From Escherichia phage T4, in sequence record OZ209057.1: DNA of 64,000 nt. One strand, written 5' to 3'. Shown one piece after another: positions 40,665-51,152 of the stretch (position 1 is its first letter; the number at the start of each line of letters is the position of its first letter). The position numbers and the translations under genes are program-made. The notes beneath the pieces are model-generated. The model had not been told where the DNA came from, made no database searches, and saw only the letters and a program-made list of their open reading frames with translations.

Positions 40665-40794
40665 AAATCATACGTTTATGTAACTTGAGTATAAGATAGT
40701 AAACATCAAAACCATTTACATAAGTAACACGAACAACATTACCATTCACGAGATAATACTGTCCCTTTTTAATCTCTTTATCAACCACAACCAT
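40612..40794 (-). CDS. hypothetical small protein
   Basis: 60 aa ORF downstream of promoter 40825..40854. Confidence 0.5.
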   Translation of the reverse strand: MVVVDKEIKKGQYYLVNGNVVRVTYVNGFDVYYLILKLHKRMICDRAVFSSVAKEIKLHG

Positions 40795-40824
40795 ATCAAT
40801 TCCTCAAAGGTAATTCATATGTTA

Positions 40825-40854
40825 ATAATACCACGGTTTGAACTTGTTGTAAAC
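40825..40854 (-). promoter_or_regulatory. early-type promoter GTTTAC-N18-TATTAT
   Basis: plus strand ataata 40825..40830, gtaaac 40849..40854; upstream tract related to repeat B. Confidence 0.5.
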
Positions 40855-40935
40855 AACTTTGTGAAAAATATTTTAGGGAATGATAAGAAAGGAACGATAG
40901 CTTAGAATGGTAATATACAGAATGTGAGAAAGAAA

Positions 40936-40948
40936 GGCCCAGAGGGCC
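40936..40948 (-). terminator. hairpin terminator after nrdH
   Basis: ggccc aga gggcc then U-rich on minus strand. Confidence 0.55.
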
Positions 40949-40952
40949 CGTC

Positions 40953-41261
40953 TTAATCTTCTATGATATCTCTATCATATCCAAGTGAAATGAGAGTTTC
41001 TTTGAAGTGTTTAATGTTCTTTTGTCTAGAATCATTAATGAAAATGACTGGATAACGAATGTTAAGAGATGTGAATCCAGCGCGTTTAGCAAGAGATACA
41101 ATCAGCGGACGATCATACTCAATCTTACCATTATTTGTAAGAACTTTATAGAAAGTAAAAGGAGCATTGAGCTCCTTTAGAAGTTTTGTAACTGATTGAC
41201 ATCCAGGACAACGACCTACTTCATCTGGAATTCCATAGACTTCAATCTTATTTTGTTTCAC
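40953..41261 (-). CDS. nrdH: glutaredoxin-like protein NrdH
   Basis: 102 aa; CPGC redox motif. Confidence 0.75.
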   Translation of the reverse strand: MKQNKIEVYGIPDEVGRCPGCQSVTKLLKELNAPFTFYKVLTNNGKIEYDRPLIVSLAKRAGFTSLNIRYPVIFINDSRQKNIKHFKETLISLGYDRDIIED

Positions 41262-41263
41262 AA

Positions 41264-41476
41264 CTATTCCTTACTAAGAGCAGCATTCAGCTTGTTAGTA
41301 ATTTTATCCAGACGCTCATTGAATTCACTAGAAGATAAGCCCTTTTCTGGAGAAATCAAACTAATCACGAAAAATATAGCAATAAAAGGAATAAGGAAAA
41401 TAGCTCCAACTGCCATAAACAGAAAGAATGTTACAGTTGTAAGAAAATCAGCTAAACCTTTACGAAATTTATACAT
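41264..41476 (-). CDS. small membrane protein
   Basis: 70 aa; central TM helix. Confidence 0.5.
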   Translation of the reverse strand: MYKFRKGLADFLTTVTFFLFMAVGAIFLIPFIAIFFVISLISPEKGLSSSEFNERLDKITNKLNAALSKE

Positions 41477-41594
41477 TTACATTTACCTTTAATTGATTAA
41501 CCAAGCATTGATAAGCACTAAACTATACTGCGAATAAAATTCTGGATCAAAATGAAAAATCATATCATTTATAGTATCCATAATGTAATTCAAT

Positions 41595-42065
41595 TTAATC
41601 ATGTTTCCACACCCCATCGGTATTTGACCAAAGTCGCTGATTATCTGATCCTCGCCACAGCTTTTTGGTCGGAAGATTTTTCTCATACTTCCCATCAATA
41701 ATAACATCAACATATTTAAGCATTTCTAGTTGTTTAATATCTTCAAACTTATATCCTGTCCACAACCAGATATCTTTCTCCGGAAATCTTGCTTTAACCC
41801 AAGAAACTAAATTTGAAATCTCTTCTCGGTTCTGTGGATAAAGTGGGTCACCGCCGGTTAAGGTAAGGCCTTGGATATACGATTTGCTTAAATGGGACGC
41901 AAGTTCTTTAACGGTATTCATAGTGAATAACTGTCCGTTACGAGCATTCCAAGTACTACGATTATAACAACCTTCGCATTTATGCAAACATCCAGTGACG
42001 AAGAGAACGACCCTACATCCAGGGCCGTTAACGAAATCGCATGGATAAATTCTATCATAATTCAT
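41595..42065 (-). CDS. nrdG: anaerobic ribonucleotide reductase activating protein NrdG (radical SAM)
   Basis: 156 aa from ATG at 42065; CLHKCEGC radical-SAM cluster motif. Confidence 0.88.
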   Translation of the reverse strand: MNYDRIYPCDFVNGPGCRVVLFVTGCLHKCEGCYNRSTWNARNGQLFTMNTVKELASHLSKSYIQGLTLTGGDPLYPQNREEISNLVSWVKARFPEKDIWLWTGYKFEDIKQLEMLKYVDVIIDGKYEKNLPTKKLWRGSDNQRLWSNTDGVWKHD

Positions 42066-42687
42066 CTTTATATTTCCAAGTATATCCCTTATGAATAGAT
42101 TGAATTCCTTTGCAACATTTATAAACAGCAGAATGAAAAAATCCTGCATTTCTTATTTCAGTTGCTCCAGTTAGTTCTATTGTATTTCCGTCTGGTGAAT
42201 AGCCAATAACCGTTTTGGTGTTAAAGCGATTTCTAGAACTATTTTTGATATGCTCTTTATGATTAGTAGACAAAGTTCTTCCTGTTAGCCCATCAGATAT
42301 CCTTTTTCCAAAATCATCAGGAAGAGTTACTTTAGACCTAGCTATGCTCATTAGCTTCTTAGTTTTATCGCTTCTTTTTGCGCCACGCTGATTTTCAAAT
42401 TTCTTAGCTTTTGCATACGCGTATTGTGAAGAAGTAACTTTTCTATGCTTACTATTACTCATTATCCAATATGCATCATACATCTTTCCACCATATATTT
42501 TAGCCAATAAATGGTGAGCAGTATAGTGGGCCTTATAAGTTAAAAATACTAAGTTGTCTAAATCATCTGAACCACCCATACTTCTTGGAATTATATGATG
42601 AAGTTCATACCCGGCTTTAGTTTGACGGGGCTTAGATGGGTGTTCAGCAGAATTAACTAGATTTGAATAGATTCTGTCATAATTCAT
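42055..42687 (-). CDS. mobC: HNH homing endonuclease MobC
   Basis: 210 aa; ELHHIIPRSMGGSDDLDNLV. Confidence 0.8.
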   Translation of the reverse strand: MNYDRIYSNLVNSAEHPSKPRQTKAGYELHHIIPRSMGGSDDLDNLVFLTYKAHYTAHHLLAKIYGGKMYDAYWIMSNSKHRKVTSSQYAYAKAKKFENQRGAKRSDKTKKLMSIARSKVTLPDDFGKRISDGLTGRTLSTNHKEHIKNSSRNRFNTKTVIGYSPDGNTIELTGATEIRNAGFFHSAVYKCCKGIQSIHKGYTWKYKDEL

Positions 42688-43957
42688 TGGTGCTTAACCC
42701 TATGCATGATTTCTTTATTTTTACCGAGATTAAATCCGCGTTCGTTCGGATTTCCCAAATAACCACATGTTCTTCTTATGGTATTCATCTTTTTAGGATC
42801 AGTTTCTCCACAAATAGAACAAACAAATCCGTTTTCAGTAGGAGTCATTTCATGGGTACTTCCACATGTAAAACATTTATCTACTGGCATATTAACACCA
42901 AAATAATCTAAATGCTGTGCAGCATAATCCCACACGGCCTCAAGACCTTTTAAGTTATTTTTCATATCAGGAAGTTCAACATAAGAAATGTGACCACCTG
43001 TCGCAATGAAATGATATGGCGCTTCACGAGAAATCTTTTCAAACGGAGTAATATTTTCTTCTACTGAAACATGGAAACTGTTAGTGTACCAGCCTTTATC
43101 GGTAACATCTTTTACGCTTCCATATTTTTCTGTATCGAGTTTACAGAAGCGATAACACAGGTTTTCAGCAGGAGTCGAATATAAACTAAAAGCAAATCCG
43201 GTTCTTTCAGTCCACTGTTTAAGATGAGCATTCATTTTAGTTAAAATTTCTCGTCCAATATCACGACCGACAAGAATATTCAATTCGTGAATACCAATGT
43301 ATCCTAAAGACACTGAACTTCTACCGTTTTTAAATAACTCAATTATGTCGTCATCAGGTTTAAGACGAACCCCGAATGCACCTTCTTGGTAAAGAATAGG
43401 AGCAACAGTAGCTTTAACTCCTTTTAAGGAACTAATTCTACACATCAAAGCTTCAAAACATAAATCCATTCGTTCATTAAATAGCTCAACAAATTTCTGT
43501 TCATTGAACTGTGTTCCAATATAAGAATCTAACGCGATGCGAGGAAGATTCAGTGTTACAACACCAAGATTATTGCGTCCATCAAGAATTTCATTGCCAG
43601 TCGAATCTTTCCATACGCTCAAGAAACTACGGCAACCCATCGGAGAAACAGGAACAGATGAACCAGTGATAGCTTTATTGTTCTTAGCTGAAATAATATC
43701 AGGATACATCCTTTTGCTTGCGCACTCTAGAGCAAGCTGTTTAATATCATAGTTCGGATCGTCTTTATAAAGATTAACACCTTCTTCAACGAACATAACA
43801 AGCTTAGGGAAAATAGGAGTTATCCCATCACGACCAAGACCTTTAATACGATTTTTCAGAATTGCTTTCTGAATCATTCGTTCAGTCCAGTCAGTTCCCG
43901 TACCAAATGTAATTGTTACAAAAGGAGTCTGTCCGTTTGAACTGAATAACGTGTTCA
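42687..43957 (-). CDS. nrdD: anaerobic ribonucleotide reductase NrdD, exon 2
   Basis: C-terminal zinc ribbon CFTCGSTHE...CSICGETD and glycyl-radical motif RRTCGYLG; joins exon 1 in frame if a 1033-nt intron is removed. Confidence 0.8.
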
Positions 43958-44990
43958 CTTCATCAATGTGTTCAGTAGAGTTCGCTACTTCTCTACCCGT
44001 TTATATGAAACAATGTAATTTGGATAATTGTCATCTAAACACAAATCTTTAATACGACTTGGGTGGAGTTTTAAATCTTTAGCAGCATCCACAAATGATT
44101 TATAGATATTGTCATTTATTTTAACATATTCTGGGACGGGATGAATTGTTATTTTTATATCTATAACATTTGGATGATTACTAACCTGTTCTTCAGAGCA
44201 TTTAAGAAATTTTGCAGCTGATTTAAAACTTCTAAATTTATTTCCGGATTTTAAAGCTATAGAAACAGTCTTTTTAGCCGTTCTACTACCAATATTATTT
44301 TTAACATGAGCTTCACTTCTACTATTATTTTTATAATGCTCAATCAATTTCTCTCGTATCTTATCTTTATGTTTTAAAGATAAGATTTTACCTTTATGGG
44401 CATTACTAAGTTTTTGCTTATGTTCTTCTGAATCCGGATATTTGTTAAATTTATATCCACCTATAGATTTATTAAGAATAAATTCGTTATTAAAATATTT
44501 CCTAATAAGCATTTCTTCATGTTTAAGGGCCGATTCATAAGAATCAAAAACTTGAAGAATTATCCACTTAGCTTTATAATCTTTAAGCTTTTCTTTAACA
44601 AGCTTAGATGACGAATTGTATTCTTTCCAATTTGTATCTTTACCATATATAGTTTTGAATTTTTTAAAACCTATATAAAAAGACTTATCAGGAAATCTTA
44701 CCATATAGGTAAATGCTACAGAATTGGCAATTTTTAAGCTTTTTCTTAATTTCCATTTCATCGTTTCACCTCGTATTCATATTTATACGAGGATAAACAG
44801 CTGCATGTCACCATGCAGTTCAGACTATATCTTCAACTCTTAGAGTTGTCTGCCGTTTCGGGTCGCTTGACCCTACTCCCTTACATTCATCAGGGATAGT
44901 CGTTGGGCATTTACAGCTACTGCTGATTTAGCAACGGATTGTCTCAGTGAGAGTTTCCCGTTTTAGGCAGATTTTACATGAGCTTGACTT
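43958..44990 (-). mobile_element. group I intron in nrdD (1033 nt) carrying I-TevII
   Basis: exon 1 frame ends at U (44991), proposed intron ends with G (43958); 5' part has no long ORF, consistent with structured RNA; boundaries inferred, not proven. Confidence 0.7.
43985..44761 (-). CDS. I-TevII: intron-encoded homing endonuclease I-TevII (GIY-YIG)
   Basis: 258 aa ORF inside the intron; FTYMVRFPDKSFYIGF GIY-YIG-like motif. Confidence 0.85.
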   Translation of the reverse strand: MKWKLRKSLKIANSVAFTYMVRFPDKSFYIGFKKFKTIYGKDTNWKEYNSSSKLVKEKLKDYKAKWIILQVFDSYESALKHEEMLIRKYFNNEFILNKSIGGYKFNKYPDSEEHKQKLSNAHKGKILSLKHKDKIREKLIEHYKNNSRSEAHVKNNIGSRTAKKTVSIALKSGNKFRSFKSAAKFLKCSEEQVSNHPNVIDIKITIHPVPEYVKINDNIYKSFVDAAKDLKLHPSRIKDLCLDDNYPNYIVSYKRVEK

Positions 44991-45534
44991 ACGTTAACTC
45001 ATAAGCTTGGAATGCATCGTATACGTCTTTTTCTGTTTTAGATTGAGCATAATTCAACGCATCAGCGATTTGCCATTTTTCTGCATCCTCAATATGTTTT
45101 GCATAGGTGCGTTTAACATAAGGAGAAAGTACTTTATCTACATTCGCAAAAGTCGTTCCGCCGTATTGGTGAGAAGCAACTTGCGCAGTAATTTGTGCCA
45201 TAATTGCAGTAGCAACTCCAATTGATTTAGGAGTTTCAATCTGCGCATTACCAAGCTTAAATCCGTTTTCAAGCATTCCTTTTAAATCTACTAAACAGCA
45301 ATTAGTAAATGGAAGAGCAGGGGAATAATCAATATCATGCACGTGAATAATTCCGCTTTCATGCGCTTTCATAATAAAAGACGGGACCATATTTTTGGCA
45401 ATGTGTTTAGACACAATACCAGCCATAAGGTCCCGTTGAGTTGGAAAAACACGAGAATCTTTATTAGCATTCTCGTTTAAAAGGTCTTTATTAGTTTTAT
45501 GAATTAATCCTTCAATTTCTTTTTCAATTGTCAT
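44991..45534 (-). CDS. nrdD: anaerobic ribonucleotide reductase NrdD, exon 1
   Basis: 181 codons from ATG at 45534; exon 1 + exon 2 total 605 aa as recalled for T4 NrdD. Confidence 0.8.
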
Positions 45535-46004
45535 TTTAAACTCTTTCTAAGCTGCTTCTTGAATGAAGCTATTAATTGTGTTTTGGTGTCAGATTCATTA
45601 TATTCAAATCCTCTTTGAAGCATCTCGGCCATCATTTCCTCTTTTCCTAAACGAGAAAATTCCTTTGATTTATCTCCAACAAAGTTAGGGTGAATATTAT
45701 TTTGGGTGTAATCGGATTTTAAATAAGTAAGTAAATTTTCTAACCATTCAAGATAATCAACACCTTGTCCCTTTAAGCCAGAACGATTAAATTTATGCTT
45801 CATTTGACCTTCTGCAGCATTGCATAGATTACAAAGCAATCCACGCACCTTTCCTGCTTTTGGTCCATTTAATTCATGGTCATGGTCGAGGTGATTAGCT
45901 TGAACATCAGGATTTAGTTCTCGTTGGCAAATTAAGCATTTACCGTTTTGTGCATCATAAAATTTCTGTTTTTCTTCTTTGTATAATTTGCCAGTCAATA
46001 ACAT
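45531..46004 (-). CDS. 49: endonuclease VII (Holliday junction resolvase) gp49
   Basis: 157 aa; zinc site CLICQ...HLDHDH...CNLCN. Confidence 0.9.
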   Translation of the reverse strand: MLLTGKLYKEEKQKFYDAQNGKCLICQRELNPDVQANHLDHDHELNGPKAGKVRGLLCNLCNAAEGQMKHKFNRSGLKGQGVDYLEWLENLLTYLKSDYTQNNIHPNFVGDKSKEFSRLGKEEMMAEMLQRGFEYNESDTKTQLIASFKKQLRKSLK

Positions 46005-46045
46005 AATAAACCCTTACCTTAAATAGATAAGGGTATTTATTATTT

Positions 46046-46531
46046 TCAAGTATTGTAAAACATTTGATGCAATCGCTTATATTGCTGAATCATTCGGTCA
46101 GAAAAAGAAATTTGAGTTTCAAGCCATTCAATGTACTCTGCGGCAGCTTGCATTAAATTTCCTTCATAGCCATCGTTATTTTCTTGTGCAGCTAATTTAG
46201 CTAATGCGTATGAAATACGTTCACCTTGAAAATCGGCTTTAGGCTTCTGAACAACTTGATTAGTTCGCTCTACAACTTCTTCAATTTCGCCATTTTCTAC
46301 TGATTCAGTATTCCACAAACACCAATACGTAATTGGCTTATCGTAGATGTTAATAATCTTTCCATCAGAAAGTTCAATTTCAATAATTCCAGTGTCAGGC
46401 TCTATATCATCTTCACATTCTTTTACAAGTTCACGAACTTTAAAGACAGTACCTGCACTAAGTTCCGGCCAGTAATTACACAGCCCTGTATCAGCACGAT
46501 TAATTCTAAACCATTTATCTACTGTAATCAT
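46046..46531 (-). CDS. pin: hypothetical protein, position/size consistent with Pin (Lon protease inhibitor)
   Basis: 161 aa from ATG at 46531; assignment by synteny only. Confidence 0.45.
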   Translation of the reverse strand: MITVDKWFRINRADTGLCNYWPELSAGTVFKVRELVKECEDDIEPDTGIIEIELSDGKIINIYDKPITYWCLWNTESVENGEIEEVVERTNQVVQKPKADFQGERISYALAKLAAQENNDGYEGNLMQAAAEYIEWLETQISFSDRMIQQYKRLHQMFYNT

Positions 46532-46654
46532 GTCCCATCTCCATATCAATTAAGTCATTTATCGTTGGTTCATTATACACCGTTTCTTCATCAGTGTAAA
46601 CCGGTTCTTCCGGCTCTGGCTCTACAGTTTCCCATCTAGCCGCCCACCAAGGTT

Positions 46655-46975
46655 TTATAGCGTAATCCATTCTCGTACTGTCTGAGTTACTACACGTTCT
46701 CGAAGCTCAACCAGTTCAACAGTAGGAACTGCATAATACCAGTCAGAATGGTAAGAACCTGAGCGAGATTCATTTACAGCCACATGTACATTATGTTTTG
46801 GACTAAAATAAACACACTGACGATATTGGCATTTACCATCTTGCACCCAGTCTTCTATTTCGATAGGTTTAAGATAGTCGGAAAAATCGAAATCATAGTT
46901 TTCCGAAAATGCATCATGGTCTTCAATGATTTCGCTCAGAACTGCATCAACATCTAATTTATTTTCAATATTCAT
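46655..46975 (-). CDS. hypothetical protein
   Basis: 106 aa ORF. Confidence 0.5.
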   Translation of the reverse strand: MNIENKLDVDAVLSEIIEDHDAFSENYDFDFSDYLKPIEIEDWVQDGKCQYRQCVYFSPKHNVHVAVNESRSGSYHSDWYYAVPTVELVELRERVVTQTVREWITL

Positions 46976-47280
46976 TTTTCACACCACCAACTGCTTACTT
47001 CAAAATCGGGTTCGCCATGTTCCCAGAACCAGGGGCCGATAGGAATCCACTTACCTTCATCGGTGACGTCATATTCTTCGGATTTAAGCCCAACGTATCG
47101 CCATTCGACTTCATAAGCGGTACCACCGATTACAACTGTGTTCTCGCCATACGGGTTAGACACAACAAAGTCTATACCTTCTGCTTTAGCTAACCAAATC
47201 ATGTATTCATAGAGTTTATATTCCAGGTCGCCTTCTGTTCCATCGCCTAGAAAAATAATTTGTTCATTTAATTCTATCAT
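46972..47280 (-). CDS. hypothetical protein
   Basis: 102 aa ORF. Confidence 0.5.
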   Translation of the reverse strand: MIELNEQIIFLGDGTEGDLEYKLYEYMIWLAKAEGIDFVVSNPYGENTVVIGGTAYEVEWRYVGLKSEEYDVTDEGKWIPIGPWFWEHGEPDFEVSSWWCEK

Positions 47281-47540
47281 TTAAAGTATTCCCGCAATTG
47301 GTCAAATCCACCAATATGACTTCCATCAGGAGCAAATACCTGAGGCATTGTTAAGCCGATTTGAGTATCACGACCTAGTTTAGTCAGAAGCTCAGCAATT
47401 TTCTCATCATCAAAAACACCTTTTTCCGGCATAATGTTGATAAATTCAAACGGCTGTTTCTTCACAGTCAAAAGACGTTTTGCATTATCGCAATACACAC
47501 ATTTATGAATGTTGCTATCATAACCATATACTTTAAACAT
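47277..47540 (-). CDS. nrdC: thioredoxin/glutaredoxin NrdC
   Basis: 87 aa; MFKVYGYDSNIHKCVYCDNA CxxC motif. Confidence 0.9.
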   Translation of the reverse strand: MFKVYGYDSNIHKCVYCDNAKRLLTVKKQPFEFINIMPEKGVFDDEKIAELLTKLGRDTQIGLTMPQVFAPDGSHIGGFDQLREYFK

Positions 47541-47541
47541 A

Positions 47542-47784
47542 TTATTCCTTAATTCCTAGTACTTGTTTAAAAGTCTCGTCGTAATCAAGACTTTGGCCCG
47601 TTTGTTCTTTATGCTTGTATATAATATCACTTACTTCTGATAGCATATTTTTATATGAACGAGTTAAAGCAGATTTAAGCACGCTGTATCTATCAGGAAA
47701 TTTACCGTGTTCATTATAATAAGCTATTGCTAATTCACGGACTGCCTTTTCAGCAGTCTCCATATATTCTTTACGCTTTGTCAT
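47542..47784 (-). CDS. hypothetical protein (start moved to internal ATG)
   Basis: track ORF 47542..47925 overlaps upstream gene by 155 nt; internal start MTKRKEY removes most of the overlap. Confidence 0.45.
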
Positions 47785-48085
47785 TTTCTTCTCGGTCAAA
47801 TCGGTGTTTACAATGGCGACATTTATAACGAAGATTATTAGTCTGCCAATGGACCAATTGCACCTGTTCAGTTCCACATTCAGGGCAATTAGGAACGTTT
47901 TTAGAAGCCCTTTCGCGACGTTCAACCATGACCATTACAGAATCCCAATTAACAGGAGGGCTATAATCATCACAACCATAAATCTTTCCACGCATTTCCA
48001 GATCGTCTTCTTCACCAGCCATAATAATTTTAATTAGACTAGAATTACTTGAAGCTGCAATGTCTTCTAATAGACGCTTTTTCAT
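47771..48085 (-). CDS. zinc-ribbon protein
   Basis: 104 aa; CPECG...CRHCKH. Confidence 0.55.
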
Positions 48086-49008
48086 TTCAATACCTCAATA
48101 GCATTACGTAAACCATTTGCTTTGGCGGTTAAATCCTTAAGAACTTTAGTATGCTCTTCAATCTGTTTTTCAACTTCAATCAAACGGGTACTGAGATATT
48201 CGCGTTCTTCTTTCATAGTATCATTCCCATGATTGGGCTTTGGCGTAGGTTTAAATTTATTAGGGTCCTTTAACTTAATAACAACTTTAGTTTCAAACAG
48301 TGAAAGACCATAATTCGTATTATCATCAAAGGATTCAACTACGTCCATTTTAGACAATAACGTACGAAGATTATAAGTCAAAGAACGAATCGTTTTATTA
48401 TGTTTATTAGCTTCACATGGTTTCATATATGGAAGATTTTTATATATTTCATGCGGAGCACAAACAATAATTAACAATTCAAATGGTCCATTCTGTGATG
48501 ATGGAATGAATTTAGCCGTAACCCAATCTTTTACATTTACATTAATAGTACGATCATCGCCATGACAAAACAGTCTACGAGAATGCTTAAAAAGCATATT
48601 CACATTATTATTAAATTCGTGTGAAAACTCACTGGCAAATTTTTCTTTACTATCTTTAGAAAACCATTCTTCTAAATAAGTTCTTTTCACGTCGTTAATA
48701 ATATTAAATGTAACAACATTATCATTTGATACATTAGTCTCAATGTAGCTTGGATACATAAATTTTTTAACATTATTAACAGCTATCACAGAAGATAGTA
48801 ATCGGGAACGTTTGAACCACTCGAGCAAAGAACCAAGAGAATGTGAATACGCATTTTGTGTATCTTTACAAATATGGTTTTCCCATCCAATATAGTCTAA
48901 AAAATCACGAAGAATATTATTGATTACTTCTCTATGTCCTTTCTGATAATCACGATGTTTAGTAATAAGACTGTCAAAATAATCAATATAATGTTTACGA
49001 GTTTTCAT
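48082..49008 (-). CDS. coiled-coil protein, member 1 of a 4-gene paralog array
   Basis: 308 aa; C-terminal coiled coil; shared motif around SRRLF. Confidence 0.55.
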   Translation of the reverse strand: MKTRKHYIDYFDSLITKHRDYQKGHREVINNILRDFLDYIGWENHICKDTQNAYSHSLGSLLEWFKRSRLLSSVIAVNNVKKFMYPSYIETNVSNDNVVTFNIINDVKRTYLEEWFSKDSKEKFASEFSHEFNNNVNMLFKHSRRLFCHGDDRTINVNVKDWVTAKFIPSSQNGPFELLIIVCAPHEIYKNLPYMKPCEANKHNKTIRSLTYNLRTLLSKMDVVESFDDNTNYGLSLFETKVVIKLKDPNKFKPTPKPNHGNDTMKEEREYLSTRLIEVEKQIEEHTKVLKDLTAKANGLRNAIEVLK

Positions 49009-49062
49009 GTTCTTCTCACTTGGTTAATGATTTATACTCCGAGCCATCCTTGGCTTTAAATT

Positions 49063-50064
49063 TTACTTAATTAACTGCAAAGCTTGTTCTAGACGATCAA
49101 GACGATTAACGGATTCTTCCCAAATCTTTTTAGCCTGCTCATATTCTTTCTGCGCTTTATTAGAAATTTCTAGAACTTCTTTATAAGCTTTTTCTAGTGC
49201 AATAACTTCTGGACGAATTTCTATCGGTTCAGGTGAATCATCAAGACATTCCATTAGTTCCTCAAGGGTAGTTTCTTCTTTAGGAGTATTCACAATTTCA
49301 TCACATTTTTGTTGGTAAATTTCTTTACTAGTAGGTGAATAAGCACATTTCACTTCACGAAGGCTAATTACGAGTTTATATCCTTCCCAACCGCATATAT
49401 TCTTAAAAGGATATGTATGAATATTTTCTACTGTTTCCATACAAAGTAATGCGGTCTCTAATTGACGAGTTATAGTGCTAGCAATTGAGAAAAATTTATT
49501 AATATTCTTTTGGTTAGTTTCTGGTGTAAAAAATCCATAATTCACAAAAATAGATACTTTATTTTTATCAAGTTCATATTCTTTTATGATAATCATATCA
49601 GAAGCCAAAGGATGAATTTGACGATAATCGCCATAACATAATTTAGAAGCTGATTTTAGAATTTGCTTCTTGAAAAGTCTGAAATTACTAATCCAACGAC
49701 GAGTAAAAATATTCTCAGGGTCTTCTTTATTATTGAGATGATAAGAATTAACATCACCGAACCAATTATATCCTACTACATCTTTAGTTCGTTTAATTTC
49801 TTTCCCAAAATTACCAAGAATATCCCGATTAACCAAATATGAAAGAAGACGAGACTCTTTAAAGGTTTTCTTGATAACATCTTTATCTACACGGCTAGAA
49901 ATTTTACGAATTTCATGAATAAATTTAGTAGAAGAAACAATACTTGCATCAACACTATTGAGCCACTGATTGATAATAGAAAGAACGCTATTTTGGCCAA
50001 ACATCGGTATAGCTTTATCATCAATAACGCTATTGAATGATTTGATATATTCGTTACGAGTCAT
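49063..50064 (-). CDS. coiled-coil protein, member 2 of paralog array
   Basis: ATG at 50064 after GAGGAG; motif FRLFKKQILKSASKL; track N-terminal 17 aa are promoter read-through. Confidence 0.55.
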   Translation of the reverse strand: MTRNEYIKSFNSVIDDKAIPMFGQNSVLSIINQWLNSVDASIVSSTKFIHEIRKISSRVDKDVIKKTFKESRLLSYLVNRDILGNFGKEIKRTKDVVGYNWFGDVNSYHLNNKEDPENIFTRRWISNFRLFKKQILKSASKLCYGDYRQIHPLASDMIIIKEYELDKNKVSIFVNYGFFTPETNQKNINKFFSIASTITRQLETALLCMETVENIHTYPFKNICGWEGYKLVISLREVKCAYSPTSKEIYQQKCDEIVNTPKEETTLEELMECLDDSPEPIEIRPEVIALEKAYKEVLEISNKAQKEYEQAKKIWEESVNRLDRLEQALQLIK

Positions 50065-50092
50065 ATTAATCTCCTCAGTAGAAAGTAAGAAC

Positions 50093-50122
50093 ATTATACC
50101 ACATCCTTGTGGCAAAGTAAAC
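50093..50122 (-). promoter_or_regulatory. early-type promoter GTTTAC-N18-TATAAT
   Basis: near-identical to promoter at 2429..2458 (attataccacatccttgtgg.aaagtaaac). Confidence 0.7.
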
Positions 50123-51144
50123 TAGTTCAGTGCATTTAGTGCATTGTTCAGTTTAGAACGTTGCTTTGTCAGATTTTGAACCCTTGACTGAGCTTGTTCT
50201 AACGCCTTTTCAGCTTCTAGCACTTCATTGGTCGCTTTAACTAATTCAGCATCTACTGCCTTAAGAGACTTCTCAATCGCATCCGCGTGCCATTTTTCAA
50301 CAGGTTTAAGACTTGGATTTTCAACAGGAAGAAAATTCACTTTATTGAATTTCCATGCATCTTTATTACCTGAGCTATACATCCAAAATTTAGGATCGTT
50401 TGATAAGTAATTAGATAAATTTAAGTTATCTTGCACTTCTTGCTTTTTCTCTTGTGTGACTTCGTCCTTTCTCAAAAATTCATATTTAAATGAAACGATC
50501 ATATCAAGTTCATATGATGTTGTATCTAACTTAAATCGTTCAAAACGAGGTAAAATCTTAGATTGAACAGCAGCAACAACATCCATATACTTAAATGCTT
50601 CTGTCAACTGCGATTTAAGGCATTCGCAAATTGAAAGAGAATTTTTTGTATTAGGTTTAAAGCTAATTCGTGCAGTTCTATTATTTTCTTTTAACGGTCT
50701 TACTTCCATCTGAAGAGTATAACCATCAAATTTCAGATTCTTTAAGTTAATGTCAGAGCCTTTTAATCGACTAGCAGTAGACAAAATTTGCTTTAATTGT
50801 CTACGGAACAGAGCAATAAATCTCCATTCAATACGATAATGATTTGGATTGAAAAATCCAGATGATAAATCGACCTTACTTTGACCAACGCCTTGAACAA
50901 ATAGAGGATTTTTATAATCAATAGTTTTACAGAAATCGGTGAGCTGTTCACGAGCAGTCATTTGAGTAATATACCCTGCTTTACTAAAATTACGCACCCA
51001 TTCACTGCTATTCGTATACTTAAAGTGATGAATAACACGATTAACTTTATCAGGGTCTAAATTATTTTCACACAAAAATGTCATAACATCACGAGTATAG
51101 CTGGCATTACGAACCATATCTTCAATTTGAGAACGAGTTTTCAT
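50122..51144 (-). CDS. coiled-coil protein, member 3 of paralog array
   Basis: 340 aa; motif FRRQLKQILSTASRLKG; C-terminal coiled coil. Confidence 0.55.
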   Translation of the reverse strand: MKTRSQIEDMVRNASYTRDVMTFLCENNLDPDKVNRVIHHFKYTNSSEWVRNFSKAGYITQMTAREQLTDFCKTIDYKNPLFVQGVGQSKVDLSSGFFNPNHYRIEWRFIALFRRQLKQILSTASRLKGSDINLKNLKFDGYTLQMEVRPLKENNRTARISFKPNTKNSLSICECLKSQLTEAFKYMDVVAAVQSKILPRFERFKLDTTSYELDMIVSFKYEFLRKDEVTQEKKQEVQDNLNLSNYLSNDPKFWMYSSGNKDAWKFNKVNFLPVENPSLKPVEKWHADAIEKSLKAVDAELVKATNEVLEAEKALEQAQSRVQNLTKQRSKLNNALNALN

Positions 51145-51152
51145 GGTGTTCC

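Noticed and set aside
43958-44001. Continuation of the exon 2 reading frame upstream to 44000 as part of NrdD
   Set aside because: That stretch overlaps the I-TevII stop region and would give the wrong protein length; it is better explained as the 3' end of the intron.
49063-50115. N-terminal extensions of several track ORFs (49063..50115, 7647..8186, 52508..53095, 53501..54481, 25780..26172, 38749..39312, 30055..31029, 16256..16786)
   Set aside because: The track starts are GTG/TTG codons or lie upstream of the promoter -10, so the extension is translation of promoter DNA; starts were moved to the first ATG with a Shine-Dalgarno sequence, which also restores the protein lengths I recall.
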